A stretch of DNA of 59,671 nucleotides, counting the filler. It is 6 parts of 6 records of this genome, joined end to end, with 100 filler letters (N's around TTAATTAATTAA, not from the genome) between each part and the next. Parts side by side here need not be neighbours in the genome. Positions count along the whole stretch, not along the records: positions 25,125 to 46,462 come from SRR31156797_2419; positions 46,563 to 52,583 come from SRR31156797_2425; 4 more parts are not named here. The stretch is one strand, 5' to 3'. This document shows, in pieces, positions 41,068 through 49,992 of the stretch (position 1 is its first letter; every line of letters begins with the position of its first letter). The position numbers and the translations under genes are program-made. A model generated the notes under the pieces. It was not told the origin of the DNA, did not search any database, and saw only the letters and a program-made list of their open reading frames with translations.

Positions 41068-41150
41068 CCGGTAATAATAAGAGAAAATTACGTTTAAAAG
41101 GACCCTCAAGATAGTTTGTTTAGACTTAAGTATGTAAAAAATAAATTAGA

Positions 41151-41180
41151 CCTCTCTATAACAGGAGAGGATCTTTTTTT
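41151..41180 (+). terminator. Intrinsic terminator after the repL-like gene
   Basis: CCTCTC-TATAACAG-GAGAGG followed by ATCTTTTTTT. Confidence 0.7.
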
Positions 41181-41294
41181 GGAGAAAATTTATAAAAATT
41201 GGAATGGGGGGTAGGTATAAACAACAGGAGAAAAAGAAAAAAGTTTCGAGCCCCCAGGTTCAATTATTAAGACGTTATACATTTTTTTTAATAG

Positions 41295-41665
41295 ACTTCA
41301 AGTGACTAATAGAGAACGCTGATTTGTAAGTTGATGATGAACTTGAAAAAACATCAATTGACAGGAACCTTAATAAAAGAAAGAGAATACGTCTGGCTGA
41401 ACCCTTAAAGTGGCTGACTGAGCTTTTTTGCCATATACTACAACCTCGTGAAAGTCAAAACCTTCGTTCATGGAAGTTAGTATAGAGTTGCTAGTGAGTT
41501 GAGAATGCCCAAAGTATCCAAACCACCGCCTCGCCGAGAGTTAGTCTAACACCAAGTACCTCCTTGGTCGGCGGTAAGTGTTAAAAACCTTATACATGTA
41601 ATCTTTGTTGGGTTATGAGAGAGTGTAACAGTCAAATACCAGTCATTAGAAGAAAAAATTGGTGA
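41295..41665 (+). ncRNA. Candidate large structured non-coding RNA (unidentified)
   Basis: No ORF; GC higher than the plasmid background; several nested helices (see finding). Confidence 0.5.
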
Positions 41666-41689
41666 TTCGATCTGGGAGGAGGTAAGTAA

Positions 41690-41998
41690 ATGATTTATTT
41701 TATTGTGTTCATCGTGTTTTTCTGTTTGAGTGTATTTGCAATTTATTACTTTAAAAAAGTTGGGGTAATAGTGACTGGTATCTTCGTGGTGATAGCTTTG
41801 GTTAGTTATTACCCTGCGGAATTACAGGTTAAGTATTACGTGAAGATAATAGAAGTTCAGTCAGCTTATATTATTGAAAATGTTCATAAAGATGAGGATG
41901 ACAAAAAGTATAGATCTGCAAAAAGAAAAAGGTTAAAAAAAGAAAGTGAATTAAAAATCCTGGTCTTGAAAGGGAAGGTTTGGGGTTTGTTTAAGTAA
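41690..41998 (+). CDS. Small membrane protein (2 TM, basic tail)
   Basis: GGAGGAGG RBS; two hydrophobic helices. Confidence 0.75.
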   Translation: MIYFIVFIVFFCLSVFAIYYFKKVGVIVTGIFVVIALVSYYPAELQVKYYVKIIEVQSAYIIENVHKDEDDKKYRSAKRKRLKKESELKILVLKGKVWGLFK

Positions 41999-42059
41999 TG
42001 GTTTATTGGCGATTTTGGCTAATAATACTAAGAAAAAGGTTAAAAAAAGGAGGATTAAA

Positions 42060-42485
42060 ATGATAAAATTTGTAATGGTAATGATTGACGGGAAAAAGGT
42101 TGTTGTACCACTTAATATCGTAGTTGGTTTTTGTGTATGGGAGAAAGGAATAAACGAACCAAGCAGTGAAGAACACCCGAACTTCTTTAAGGAGTATGAC
42201 AATGCGAAAAAGTATTACAGAAATGCCAGAAACAGAGGTGAAGTTGTAGAGCGTCCAATGCCTTATACTTCAGGTGATGAATACAATAGAATTTTCTTTG
42301 AAGTAAAATGTCAAACTAACAACAAAGAAACGGCTACAAAAGTGGCAGGAACCGCGGTTTATAACAAGTACTTCAAAGCTGGTAAGCCGTTTAACTATAA
42401 TGAAAGAAAAGAAAGTATAAAAAAATTAAGAAAAGAGCAGCAAAATAAAAGTTCTATAAGTTATATTCATTGTGAGAGCGGGTAA
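42060..42485 (+). CDS. Hypothetical protein
   Basis: AGGAGG RBS before the ATG at 42060. Confidence 0.7.
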   Translation: MIKFVMVMIDGKKVVVPLNIVVGFCVWEKGINEPSSEEHPNFFKEYDNAKKYYRNARNRGEVVERPMPYTSGDEYNRIFFEVKCQTNNKETATKVAGTAVYNKYFKAGKPFNYNERKESIKKLRKEQQNKSSISYIHCESG

Positions 42486-42609
42486 AAATTTTAGAAAGAA
42501 CAAATTGATAAAGAATTACCTTACGAAAACTCACACCTTTTTATTTCAAGATACTCGAACACATAAAAAGAACACATTATAATATACTAATTTGTTTTAA
42601 AAAATGAAC

Positions 42610-42638
42610 TTGACTTGAAATTGTGAATGAATTATACT
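42610..42638 (+). promoter_or_regulatory. Sigma70-type promoter
   Basis: TTGACT-17-TATACT. Confidence 0.7.
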
Positions 42639-42679
42639 TTACAATAGGGATTTTAAAATTTACTAGGAGGAATTAAAAA

Positions 42680-43519
42680 GTGTTAAAGAAAATGACAGTT
42701 TTTTTATTAATTATGGAAATGTTTTTTATTTTCGGTTGCGGTAAGGAGAAAAAGGTTGAAATTTCTGTACTCTATGAGCAATTTGAAAAACAACAACTAA
42801 GTTCAAAAGGTGAAATAAGCAAATCAATTGGATACGGAGAAAATGAAGATGAAAGTTTAGCTTATTATTTTGGGAAACCTCAGCAAATAAAAACGAAAGA
42901 ATATCGTAATTTTAATTATAGTGTTGTAAATGATAAAATTATAATAACTGGTTATATAGGTAAGAATCCAGAAATTATCATACCTGAAGAAATTGAAAAT
43001 AAAACAGTTATAGGAATTGCTATGAATTCATTTAAAGATTTAGAATTAACAAAAGTAATTTTTCCAAATACAATAGAGCATATAGGTATGGGAGCATTTT
43101 ATAAAAATTATTTAGGTTATTCAAAAGAAGTAATTCTTCCTACTTCACTAAAAGTGATAGGGGAAGGTGCTTTTGCATACAATCCTATAGAAAAAATTGA
43201 TATACCTGAAAATGTAGAAACTATCGGTAGAGCAGCCTTTTATGATACCAATTTAATAAATATAAAGTTTCCAAATTCGATTAGAATAATAGGGTCTTGG
43301 GCTTTTGCTTCTAGTTATTTAAAGGAAGCTGAAATTTCTGAAAATGTAGAAATAATAGAAGAATCAGCTTTTCACCATCACAGTATAAGGAGAGGGCATA
43401 GCTTAATAATTAAAAGTGTGAAGAATTCAGTAGCTGAGGAGTATGTTAAAAATTATAATAAGTCTATTGAAGGAGATTATATTATACATCTAAAAGCTAC
43501 TTTCGAATCAATAAATTAG
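42680..43519 (+). CDS. BspA-type (LRR_5) leucine-rich repeat lipoprotein
   Basis: Lipobox IFGC; ITGYIG...IIIPEEIE; repeated LxxVxFPxxxxxIGxxAF. Confidence 0.88.
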   Translation: MLKKMTVFLLIMEMFFIFGCGKEKKVEISVLYEQFEKQQLSSKGEISKSIGYGENEDESLAYYFGKPQQIKTKEYRNFNYSVVNDKIIITGYIGKNPEIIIPEEIENKTVIGIAMNSFKDLELTKVIFPNTIEHIGMGAFYKNYLGYSKEVILPTSLKVIGEGAFAYNPIEKIDIPENVETIGRAAFYDTNLINIKFPNSIRIIGSWAFASSYLKEAEISENVEIIEESAFHHHSIRRGHSLIIKSVKNSVAEEYVKNYNKSIEGDYIIHLKATFESIN

Positions 43520-43527
43520 AAATTATA

Positions 43528-44379
43528 ATGGAGGAAAAAATGAAAAAAAATAATTTTATAGCAATAGTTTTTATTATAATATCAACTTGCTTAATGGCGA
43601 AAGTTAATGAAAAAGATCTGAGAATGTATAAAAAAAATATAGAAAAAACGAAAGTTTATAAATATAAAATTGATGATGATTTTTACTTAAATAGAAATAA
43701 TATGAAAAAAAGAGATAGCAAAACTCATAATAAATTATTAAATGACTATTTAAAAGCAGATTTGAGTTATTCGGTTGATACAGAATTACTTTTGACTAAG
43801 TTTTCTAATATTAGGCAAGAGTATAGTAGAAACAAAGAAATTGATTTAAATGAATACGAAAAACTATTTTTGAGACTATTAAATGAAATTTATTCTAATA
43901 ACTATATAAAACCCACTTTTACTAAAAATAAAAATGATATAAAATTAGATTTAGAAATAATTTTTCATGATACATCATTTTTTGCAGATGAAGGGGGTGC
44001 AATGGGGGATATAATTAGAGGAGTAATGTTAACTTCTGAAGGAAAAAGCGTGAAGTTCCCTGTTAAAAATTTAAAAATAAAAACTATACTTGCAATTGAT
44101 ATAGTGGATGAAACAACTATAAAATTTTATAAATATTCTGCAAACATTTCTTTAGATTCTATGACACTTAAAGAATTAAAAAATATTTACTTAAATGAGA
44201 ATATTGAATTTTCAGTTTATGGAAGTTACAACGATAAGTTTATAAATATTACAGATCATAGAATAGAATTTTTAGAAAGAGGCTTAGAAAGAAGTGAAAT
44301 AACAATTAAGAAGTTTGATTCAAATAAAAGAATGGCATTTACAACAATGTTAAATAGTTATTTTGATGAAATAAATTAA
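43528..44379 (+). CDS. Exported hypothetical protein
   Basis: Signal peptide after MKKNN (probable start 43540). Confidence 0.7.
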   Translation: MEEKMKKNNFIAIVFIIISTCLMAKVNEKDLRMYKKNIEKTKVYKYKIDDDFYLNRNNMKKRDSKTHNKLLNDYLKADLSYSVDTELLLTKFSNIRQEYSRNKEIDLNEYEKLFLRLLNEIYSNNYIKPTFTKNKNDIKLDLEIIFHDTSFFADEGGAMGDIIRGVMLTSEGKSVKFPVKNLKIKTILAIDIVDETTIKFYKYSANISLDSMTLKELKNIYLNENIEFSVYGSYNDKFINITDHRIEFLERGLERSEITIKKFDSNKRMAFTTMLNSYFDEIN

Positions 44380-44474
44380 AAAAATGAAAAATAAACTTTT
44401 CTTTAACAAGCTTCCCTCTAAACCTAATTTAATTACTTACCTTAGATAAAGGAGAATTGAAGAGGCCCGAAAGT

Positions 44475-45179
44475 TCAGGCTTCTTCTCTCAGCTTTCTTT
44501 TGTATTTAACAAGTGTTGGTTTGCTTACTCTATATGCTTCCATGAACTCTTTATCTGTCATTGAACCACCGAATGCTCGACTGTGCTTCTTCAAGTTCTC
44601 TTGAATCAGCTGTCCTCTTTTAGTTGTCCAAGAATCACCTTTTTGCGTTCCAATTCTCTTACCTGCTGCTCTAGCTCTTTCTATTCCTTCTTTAGTTCGT
44701 ACTCTTAAATCCTCAACTTCTTTTTCTGATTGTTCAAAAGCTTGTCTTACTTGTTCTTTGGCTTGAATTACTAGGATATTCCTAATAAATTTTTCAGTTT
44801 CTTTGATGAGTTCACTTTCAGCGTTTAAACTAATTTTTAAACTATTCTCTATTTGCTCTTTAATAAGCTCAGAGTTAATATGGGCCTCTTTAAGAAATAC
44901 TAACTTGATTCCCTCATCCATCAATTCGAAATAGTCTGTTTGCCCTTCAGCAGCGTTTCTTGACATTCTACTGATTGAATCAAAGACAATAGTGTCTTCT
45001 GGATTCACTACTTTCAATAATCTTTGAAATTCTCTCCTGTCTTGAGTTGTACCAGTAAACTTTTCTCTATAGATGACCATACCTTCAGAGAACTTCTCTA
45101 AATTGTGTATTTGCCGTTCTATCTTTTGAAGCTCTGTACTTACCCTGGCATATCCATAAATCATTTCAATCAACTCCAA
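44475..45179 (-). CDS. Serine recombinase (resolvase)
   Basis: YGYARVST..Q...RQ, EKFTG, DTIVFDSISRMSR, RTKEGI..AR..G. Confidence 0.93.
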   Translation of the reverse strand: MELIEMIYGYARVSTELQKIERQIHNLEKFSEGMVIYREKFTGTTQDRREFQRLLKVVNPEDTIVFDSISRMSRNAAEGQTDYFELMDEGIKLVFLKEAHINSELIKEQIENSLKISLNAESELIKETEKFIRNILVIQAKEQVRQAFEQSEKEVEDLRVRTKEGIERARAAGKRIGTQKGDSWTTKRGQLIQENLKKHSRAFGGSMTDKEFMEAYRVSKPTLVKYKRKLREEA

Positions 45180-45183
45180 TTTT

Positions 45184-45289
45184 AGGTTTAATTTTAACGT
45201 TCGTTATTTTTACACCTAAATTATACCAGGCAAAATGAAGAAATACAAGTTTAAACTAAACCTTTTTCTATAAGGTTAGAATTAAACCT
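45184..45289. promoter_or_regulatory. Probable res site (three subsites)
   Basis: AGGTTTAATTTTAACGT (45184), AAGTTTAAACTAAACCT (45247) and AGGTTAGAATTAAACCT (45273): related imperfect inverted repeats upstream of the resolvase. Confidence 0.6.
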
Positions 45290-45461
45290 ATCAGTTGTAG
45301 TTTTAATTTACAATTATAGTTTTTTCATAATTTTAAATTCTTTCTATTTGCTTTGTTTTAACTATGTTATAATAGTTAAGCTAAAAATTATTGTTTATTA
45401 ATATTGTTATTTAAAATAATCGAAAACTTAGTTTAATTATTATAACTGGAGGAAATTGTAG

Positions 45462-46462
45462 ATGAAAATTGATGAACTAGTCAAAAAATATTCTAAAGGA
45501 AGAAAAAACTTCTTGAAATCATCGTATAATGAAACTCAATTACGAAATGACTTTATTGATCCATTGTTAAAAATTTTTGGATGGGATGTAGATAATTCAA
45601 AAGGAAAGACTGAGATATTAAGAGATGTTATGCAAGAAGAATCAATTTTTGTACACGATGAGATAAGAAAGAAAAATCCTGATTATACTTTACGTATCGA
45701 TGGAAGTAGAAAACTATTTGTAGAGGTTAAAAAACCTTCAATAAAAATATTAAATTCTAATAAATCTGCTTTTCAAATTAGAAGATATGGGTGGAGTGCA
45801 AACTTAGGTTTTTCTATTCTTACGAATTTTGAAAACTTAGTTATTTATGATTGTCGTTACAAACCAAATCAAGATGAGTGTGAAAAAATAGCTAGATATA
45901 AAATTTATTCATATAACGATTACGTCGAACTATTTGAAGAAATAAAAGACTTGGTTTCATATAATTCAATAAATTCAGGAGCTATTGAGCAAATATTGAA
46001 AAAAGATACAAGAGATAAAGAAACTTTTGATGAATATTTTTTAAATCAAATAGAAACATGGCGAGAAAAATTAGCTATATCAGCAATTAATGAAAATAAA
46101 GACTTAAATGAAAAAGATGTTAATTTTATAGTTCAAAGATTGTTAAATAGAATTATATTTTTGAGAATTTCTGAAGATAGATCTATTGAAAGATACGAGA
46201 CATTAAAAAAAATTAAAACATACAAAGAGTTAAAAAAATTATTTTATTATTCTGATAAAAAATTTAACTCTGGACTTTTTAATTTTATTGAGGACTCACT
46301 AACTGAGAGACTAAACATTAATTCAGATGTTTTAATTGAAATTTTTAATGAACTTTATTTTCCTTTAAGTCCATATGATTTTTCAGTTGTTGATTCAAAT
46401 ATATTAAGTCAAATTTATGAACAATTTTTAGGAAAAAAAATTAAAATTATTGATAATCAAAA
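45462..46462 (+). CDS. Type IIG RM enzyme, N-terminal nuclease part (continues at 25155)
   Basis: NETQLRNDFIDPLL..GWD, NPDYTL...FVEVKKP, Q.RRYGWSA, LTNF. Confidence 0.92.
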
Positions 46463-46562
46463 NNNNNNNNNNNNNNNNNNNNNNNNNNNNNNNNNNNNNN
46501 NNNNNNTTAATTAATTAANNNNNNNNNNNNNNNNNNNNNNNNNNNNNNNNNNNNNNNNNNNN
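46463..46562. other. Artificial contig linker
   Basis: N run with TTAATTAATTAA. Confidence 0.99.
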
Positions 46563-46801
46563 TAGGATTTAAAAAAATGAAAGTTGATGACAACTGTAAT
46601 AGCTGTACACTTTGCTCAAAAGTCTGTCCGGTTAAAAATATAAATATGAGTAATAACAAACCTGATTTTAGTAATAAATGTGAAATTTGTTTTGCCTGTA
46701 TTCATAATTGTCCGAAGCAATCTATTAAATTCAAAAGAATGAAAGTCAAAGATAATTATCAATATAAACATCCGGAAGTTAAAATTAATGAATTAGGTTA
46801 A
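46563..46801 (+). CDS. EFR1-family flavodoxin/ferredoxin, 3' part
   Basis: Two CxxCxxCxxxCP motifs, then YKHP. Confidence 0.75.
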
Positions 46802-46807
46802 ATATAA

Positions 46808-46830
46808 AAGAGCGGCAAATTGCCGCTCTT
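46808..46830. terminator. Terminator between convergent genes
   Basis: AAGAGCGGCA-AAT-TGCCGCTCTT. Confidence 0.75.
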
Positions 46831-46843
46831 AGCTCTTAAAATA

Positions 46844-47311
46844 TTAATCTTCTTTATGTCTAAATGTTATCAGATGGTTTCCAATAAAATTAAATATCAT
46901 AGCAACACCAATTGCAAACATTTGAGAAATTATTTTAACAAACTTATCGATATTAGCTTCTCCTAAATATGTTCCAATCAACTGTTTTATAAATTCTGTA
47001 TTTCCAAATACTCTGACGAATAATTCAAGAAATACATAGTTTACTCCCAGATTAATCACACTAATTGTAAAAAACTGAATATATTTGCTTTTTAAACTTT
47101 TATCAGTTGCTCTCTCTTTAAAAGTCCATTTAAAATTAAGTATAAAGTTATTCGTTACAGCTACTAAAAATGCTCCGATTAAAGCTAGTTGATAAGCAAC
47201 ACCTCTTGATACAAGAAGTGAAAATATAATTATATTTATTACCGCTCCGGAAAGACCAACTATTCCGAATTTTATAAATGTTATAAAAGTTTTATTTCCT
47301 AAAAGTTTCAT
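46844..47311 (-). CDS. GtrA family flippase
   Basis: FIKFGIVG, NNFILNFKWTF. Confidence 0.88.
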   Translation of the reverse strand: MKLLGNKTFITFIKFGIVGLSGAVINIIIFSLLVSRGVAYQLALIGAFLVAVTNNFILNFKWTFKERATDKSLKSKYIQFFTISVINLGVNYVFLELFVRVFGNTEFIKQLIGTYLGEANIDKFVKIISQMFAIGVAMIFNFIGNHLITFRHKED

Positions 47312-48803
47312 ATTTTTCTCCTCTATAGTTAAAGCATTTATAGATATAATATGTTCTATAAACTTTGCCTTTTTTAACTATATCTATCTCTTTAAATAAT
47401 TCATAATTATCAAATTTACTATATTTATCAGGTTTTCCATCATAGTATGAAGATGTGATAAATATACCGTTTTTTCCTTTTAGTTCTCTCCAATCTTCCC
47501 AGAAATCAAACTGCTCGGTTCTTTTATTTAATGAATATACATAATCCTTTTCAGGTAAATAAAATGCAAGCTGAGATGTCATTTGATATCTATGCGAGAA
47601 TAAGAACCATTCATCTTTTCCAAGCTCATTATATACTGTTTGTACCTCTTTAGCGACTTTGTTCCAGCCATACATATCAATTGTAATATCATCTTTTGGT
47701 GGAATAGGTAGTATAAAAAATACAAGATGCGCATAAACAATTATTGTTAAAGTTAAGGCAATTATATTTCCCAATTTTTTAGTTTTTTCTTTAAAGTTTG
47801 AATATCTCATAAAGATAATCAGTAAAGGAACATATGCAAGTGTTGCCCAGTGAAGTTTAAACTGATTAAATAAAGAACTTGCTAAAAATATTCCAAATAT
47901 CGGGAAGCCGTAAAAGAATAATAGTTTAACATCTTTTTTCTTAAAGTTCTTTGCTGATGAAACAAAAAATCCTGTAAATACCACAGGAGATACTATTATC
48001 ATCTGTGATAATATAAACTGCGTAAAGTAATGAAGTTTTAACTCATAACTTTTACTCTGTCTCTCATATAAATGAAAGGAAAATGATGCCCAATCATGTT
48101 GCATATTCCAGATAAATATCGGCGCTATCATTAGCACAGATATTAAGAATGCAATATACGGCTCTTTTTTAGTAAGCCAATATCTCTCATCTTTATCAAA
48201 TATTAGATAAAAGAAAATAGCTGGATAAATCAAGAACATGTTATATTTACTCAAGATTCCCAATCCTGTTAAAATTCCTAATAGATACCAAAGTTTTGCA
48301 TTTTTATCATAAATAATTTTGATAAACACATATAAACTTAAAGTATAAAAAAGAATAAGCGGTGAATCAGGAAGAGTCATTACTCCTCCAAGTGCAAATA
48401 AAGGAATGATATTCATAACGAATACCGCTTTATACCCTAAGCTCTTATCTGAATATAATTTATCAATTATCAGATAAACGATATAACTTGAAATAGTTAT
48501 ACTCAGAGTTCCGGTCATTCTGACAGCAAAGTTATTTTCGCCGAATATTGATGTGAAAAATCTAATCATATAAGCAACCACAGGTGGATGATCATAATAA
48601 CTTACTCCCAGATATTTTGCCCATACTGCATAATAGGCTTCATCATCACTTAACCCCAAATAACTTCCTATCGCTAATCTAATAACGGTTATTATTAGTA
48701 AAAGTATCAGGACTTTTTTATCCCAATTATTCAATTTTTGTTTTTCCAATTTTATTAATATCTCCTTTTTTTGAATTTTAAGCATAATATAAAAATTGCT
48801 CAA
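47292..48803 (-). CDS. ArnT/GT39-like (PMT) membrane glycosyltransferase
   Basis: DEAYY..W, YYDHPP, TLPDSPL, GLGILSKY, WN..HDWASF. Confidence 0.9.
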   Translation of the reverse strand: MSNFYIMLKIQKKEILIKLEKQKLNNWDKKVLILLLIITVIRLAIGSYLGLSDDEAYYAVWAKYLGVSYYDHPPVVAYMIRFFTSIFGENNFAVRMTGTLSITISSYIVYLIIDKLYSDKSLGYKAVFVMNIIPLFALGGVMTLPDSPLILFYTLSLYVFIKIIYDKNAKLWYLLGILTGLGILSKYNMFLIYPAIFFYLIFDKDERYWLTKKEPYIAFLISVLMIAPIFIWNMQHDWASFSFHLYERQSKSYELKLHYFTQFILSQMIIVSPVVFTGFFVSSAKNFKKKDVKLLFFYGFPIFGIFLASSLFNQFKLHWATLAYVPLLIIFMRYSNFKEKTKKLGNIIALTLTIIVYAHLVFFILPIPPKDDITIDMYGWNKVAKEVQTVYNELGKDEWFLFSHRYQMTSQLAFYLPEKDYVYSLNKRTEQFDFWEDWRELKGKNGIFITSSYYDGKPDKYSKFDNYELFKEIDIVKKGKVYRTYYIYKCFNYRGEKYETFRK

Positions 48804-48880
48804 TTAAAGCAATAATGTGAAATACATATTATTTTATCACACTACTATAAATTTTTTCAATAAATTCTCTTACTAAATAC

Positions 48881-48905
48881 AAAAGAGCTGACTTCAATCA
48901 GCTCT
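48881..48905 (-). terminator. Intrinsic terminator
   Basis: AGAGCTGA/TCAGCTCT stem followed by a U tract on the minus strand. Confidence 0.65.
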
Positions 48906-48930
48906 CCGTTTTAATTATTTATTATTTATC

Positions 48931-49350
48931 TCACTCTTCATTTTGAAACTTTTTAAGTTTTTTATTTATCTCTCTAAACTCTATTACTTTTATGTGAGTA
49001 AAAAACAACGCTAAAACTAATGCTACTGTTCCGGAAAGAATAAGATAAAATACTTCTTTCTGGCCAAGAAAATAGGTCACTATTATTGTTATTATAAATA
49101 CAAGAATTCCCTCTACTATATATGCCATTACAAAATTTTCAGTAAATTTATTTGCAATATAATTAAATGCAAGTTTTGCCATGAAACCTATAAATATTCC
49201 AACTAATGCACTAAGCAAAAAACTTTTAATTATCGGTCTTACTCCTATATGCTCTGTTAAAACAACTAACAAACTAATATTGCAGACCACTAATCCTATT
49301 CCCGCTGATATTATTATATGCTGTAATTGAGCTTTCATCTCTTTATTCAC
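48931..49350 (-). CDS. DUF3021-like 4-TM protein, putative LytTR inhibitor
   Basis: Four TMs, C-terminal EINKKLKKFQ; directly downstream of the LytTR gene. Confidence 0.65.
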   Translation of the reverse strand: MNKEMKAQLQHIIISAGIGLVVCNISLLVVLTEHIGVRPIIKSFLLSALVGIFIGFMAKLAFNYIANKFTENFVMAYIVEGILVFIITIIVTYFLGQKEVFYLILSGTVALVLALFFTHIKVIEFREINKKLKKFQNEE

Positions 49351-49362
49351 TTCTCTCTCCTC

Positions 49363-49920
49363 CTATATTCCTAAATGAGCCTTAAATCTCTTCAGATAAC
49401 TTCTGGTAACCTCTACAGTTTGATTTGTTCCTTTAAATTTTAGCAGCAATTTACTACCAAACCAGGGAAGTATCTCACTTATATTCATAATATTAACTAT
49501 ATTAGATTTACTTACCCTCAAAAATATTTTTGAATCTAATTTTTTTTCCAGTTGGTACAATTTATCTTTAACTTTATAGTAGCTTTTATCATTTTCAACT
49601 ATGCAGAATATATCATTATTGTCAGCCTCGAAGAACTGCACTTTTTCATATGGAAACAGCTCAAATTTTTCATCTGATTTCACTGCGATCATATTTTGTA
49701 CATCATCACTATTCTCTGTATTTAATTCATTCAGAAAAATCATAAATGAATTAAGATCACTTGGATCAAAAGAGATAAAGGTTTTAAGCTCAGACTCATT
49801 CTCCATTCCTTTCTCTACAAAAGCAATGGATGAATCATCATTTATAACAAAACCTTTTGATTTCAGTATCTCTTCTATGATTTTTTTCATTATTTTAGAG
49901 CTTATTACCGCTACTTCCAT
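49363..49920 (-). CDS. LytTR DNA-binding protein without receiver domain
   Basis: KLYQLEKKL....FLRVSKSNIVNI, VTRSY. Confidence 0.88.
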   Translation of the reverse strand: MEVAVISSKIMKKIIEEILKSKGFVINDDSSIAFVEKGMENESELKTFISFDPSDLNSFMIFLNELNTENSDDVQNMIAVKSDEKFELFPYEKVQFFEADNNDIFCIVENDKSYYKVKDKLYQLEKKLDSKIFLRVSKSNIVNIMNISEILPWFGSKLLLKFKGTNQTVEVTRSYLKRFKAHLGI

Positions 49921-49992
49921 ATTTTCTCCTTTAATTCTTTCTAGAAAAAGTTAGCATCCAGCTCAGTTATTATTAAATTAATGCCCTATAGA

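Larger units (their letters stand above)
25125..46462. mobile_element. Complete circular plasmid, ~21.3 kb, Fusobacteriota-like
   Basis: 25125-25154 is identical to 46433-46462 (30 bp); joining restores one ORF; carries Rep, iterons, ParA, ParB-like and resolvase. Confidence 0.9.

Noticed and set aside
41206-41255. G6/C5 tracts as a pMV158/pE194-type double-strand origin
   Set aside because: The TACTACGAC nick sequence is absent; kept only as context for the structured region.
41380-41665. Group I intron or T-box call for the structured region
   Set aside because: GACTG/CAGTC resembles P7 and AGAGA..GGCTGA resembles T-box stem I, but there is no Q element or P4-P6 domain, no interrupted gene and no T-box (GGTGG.ACC) sequence.
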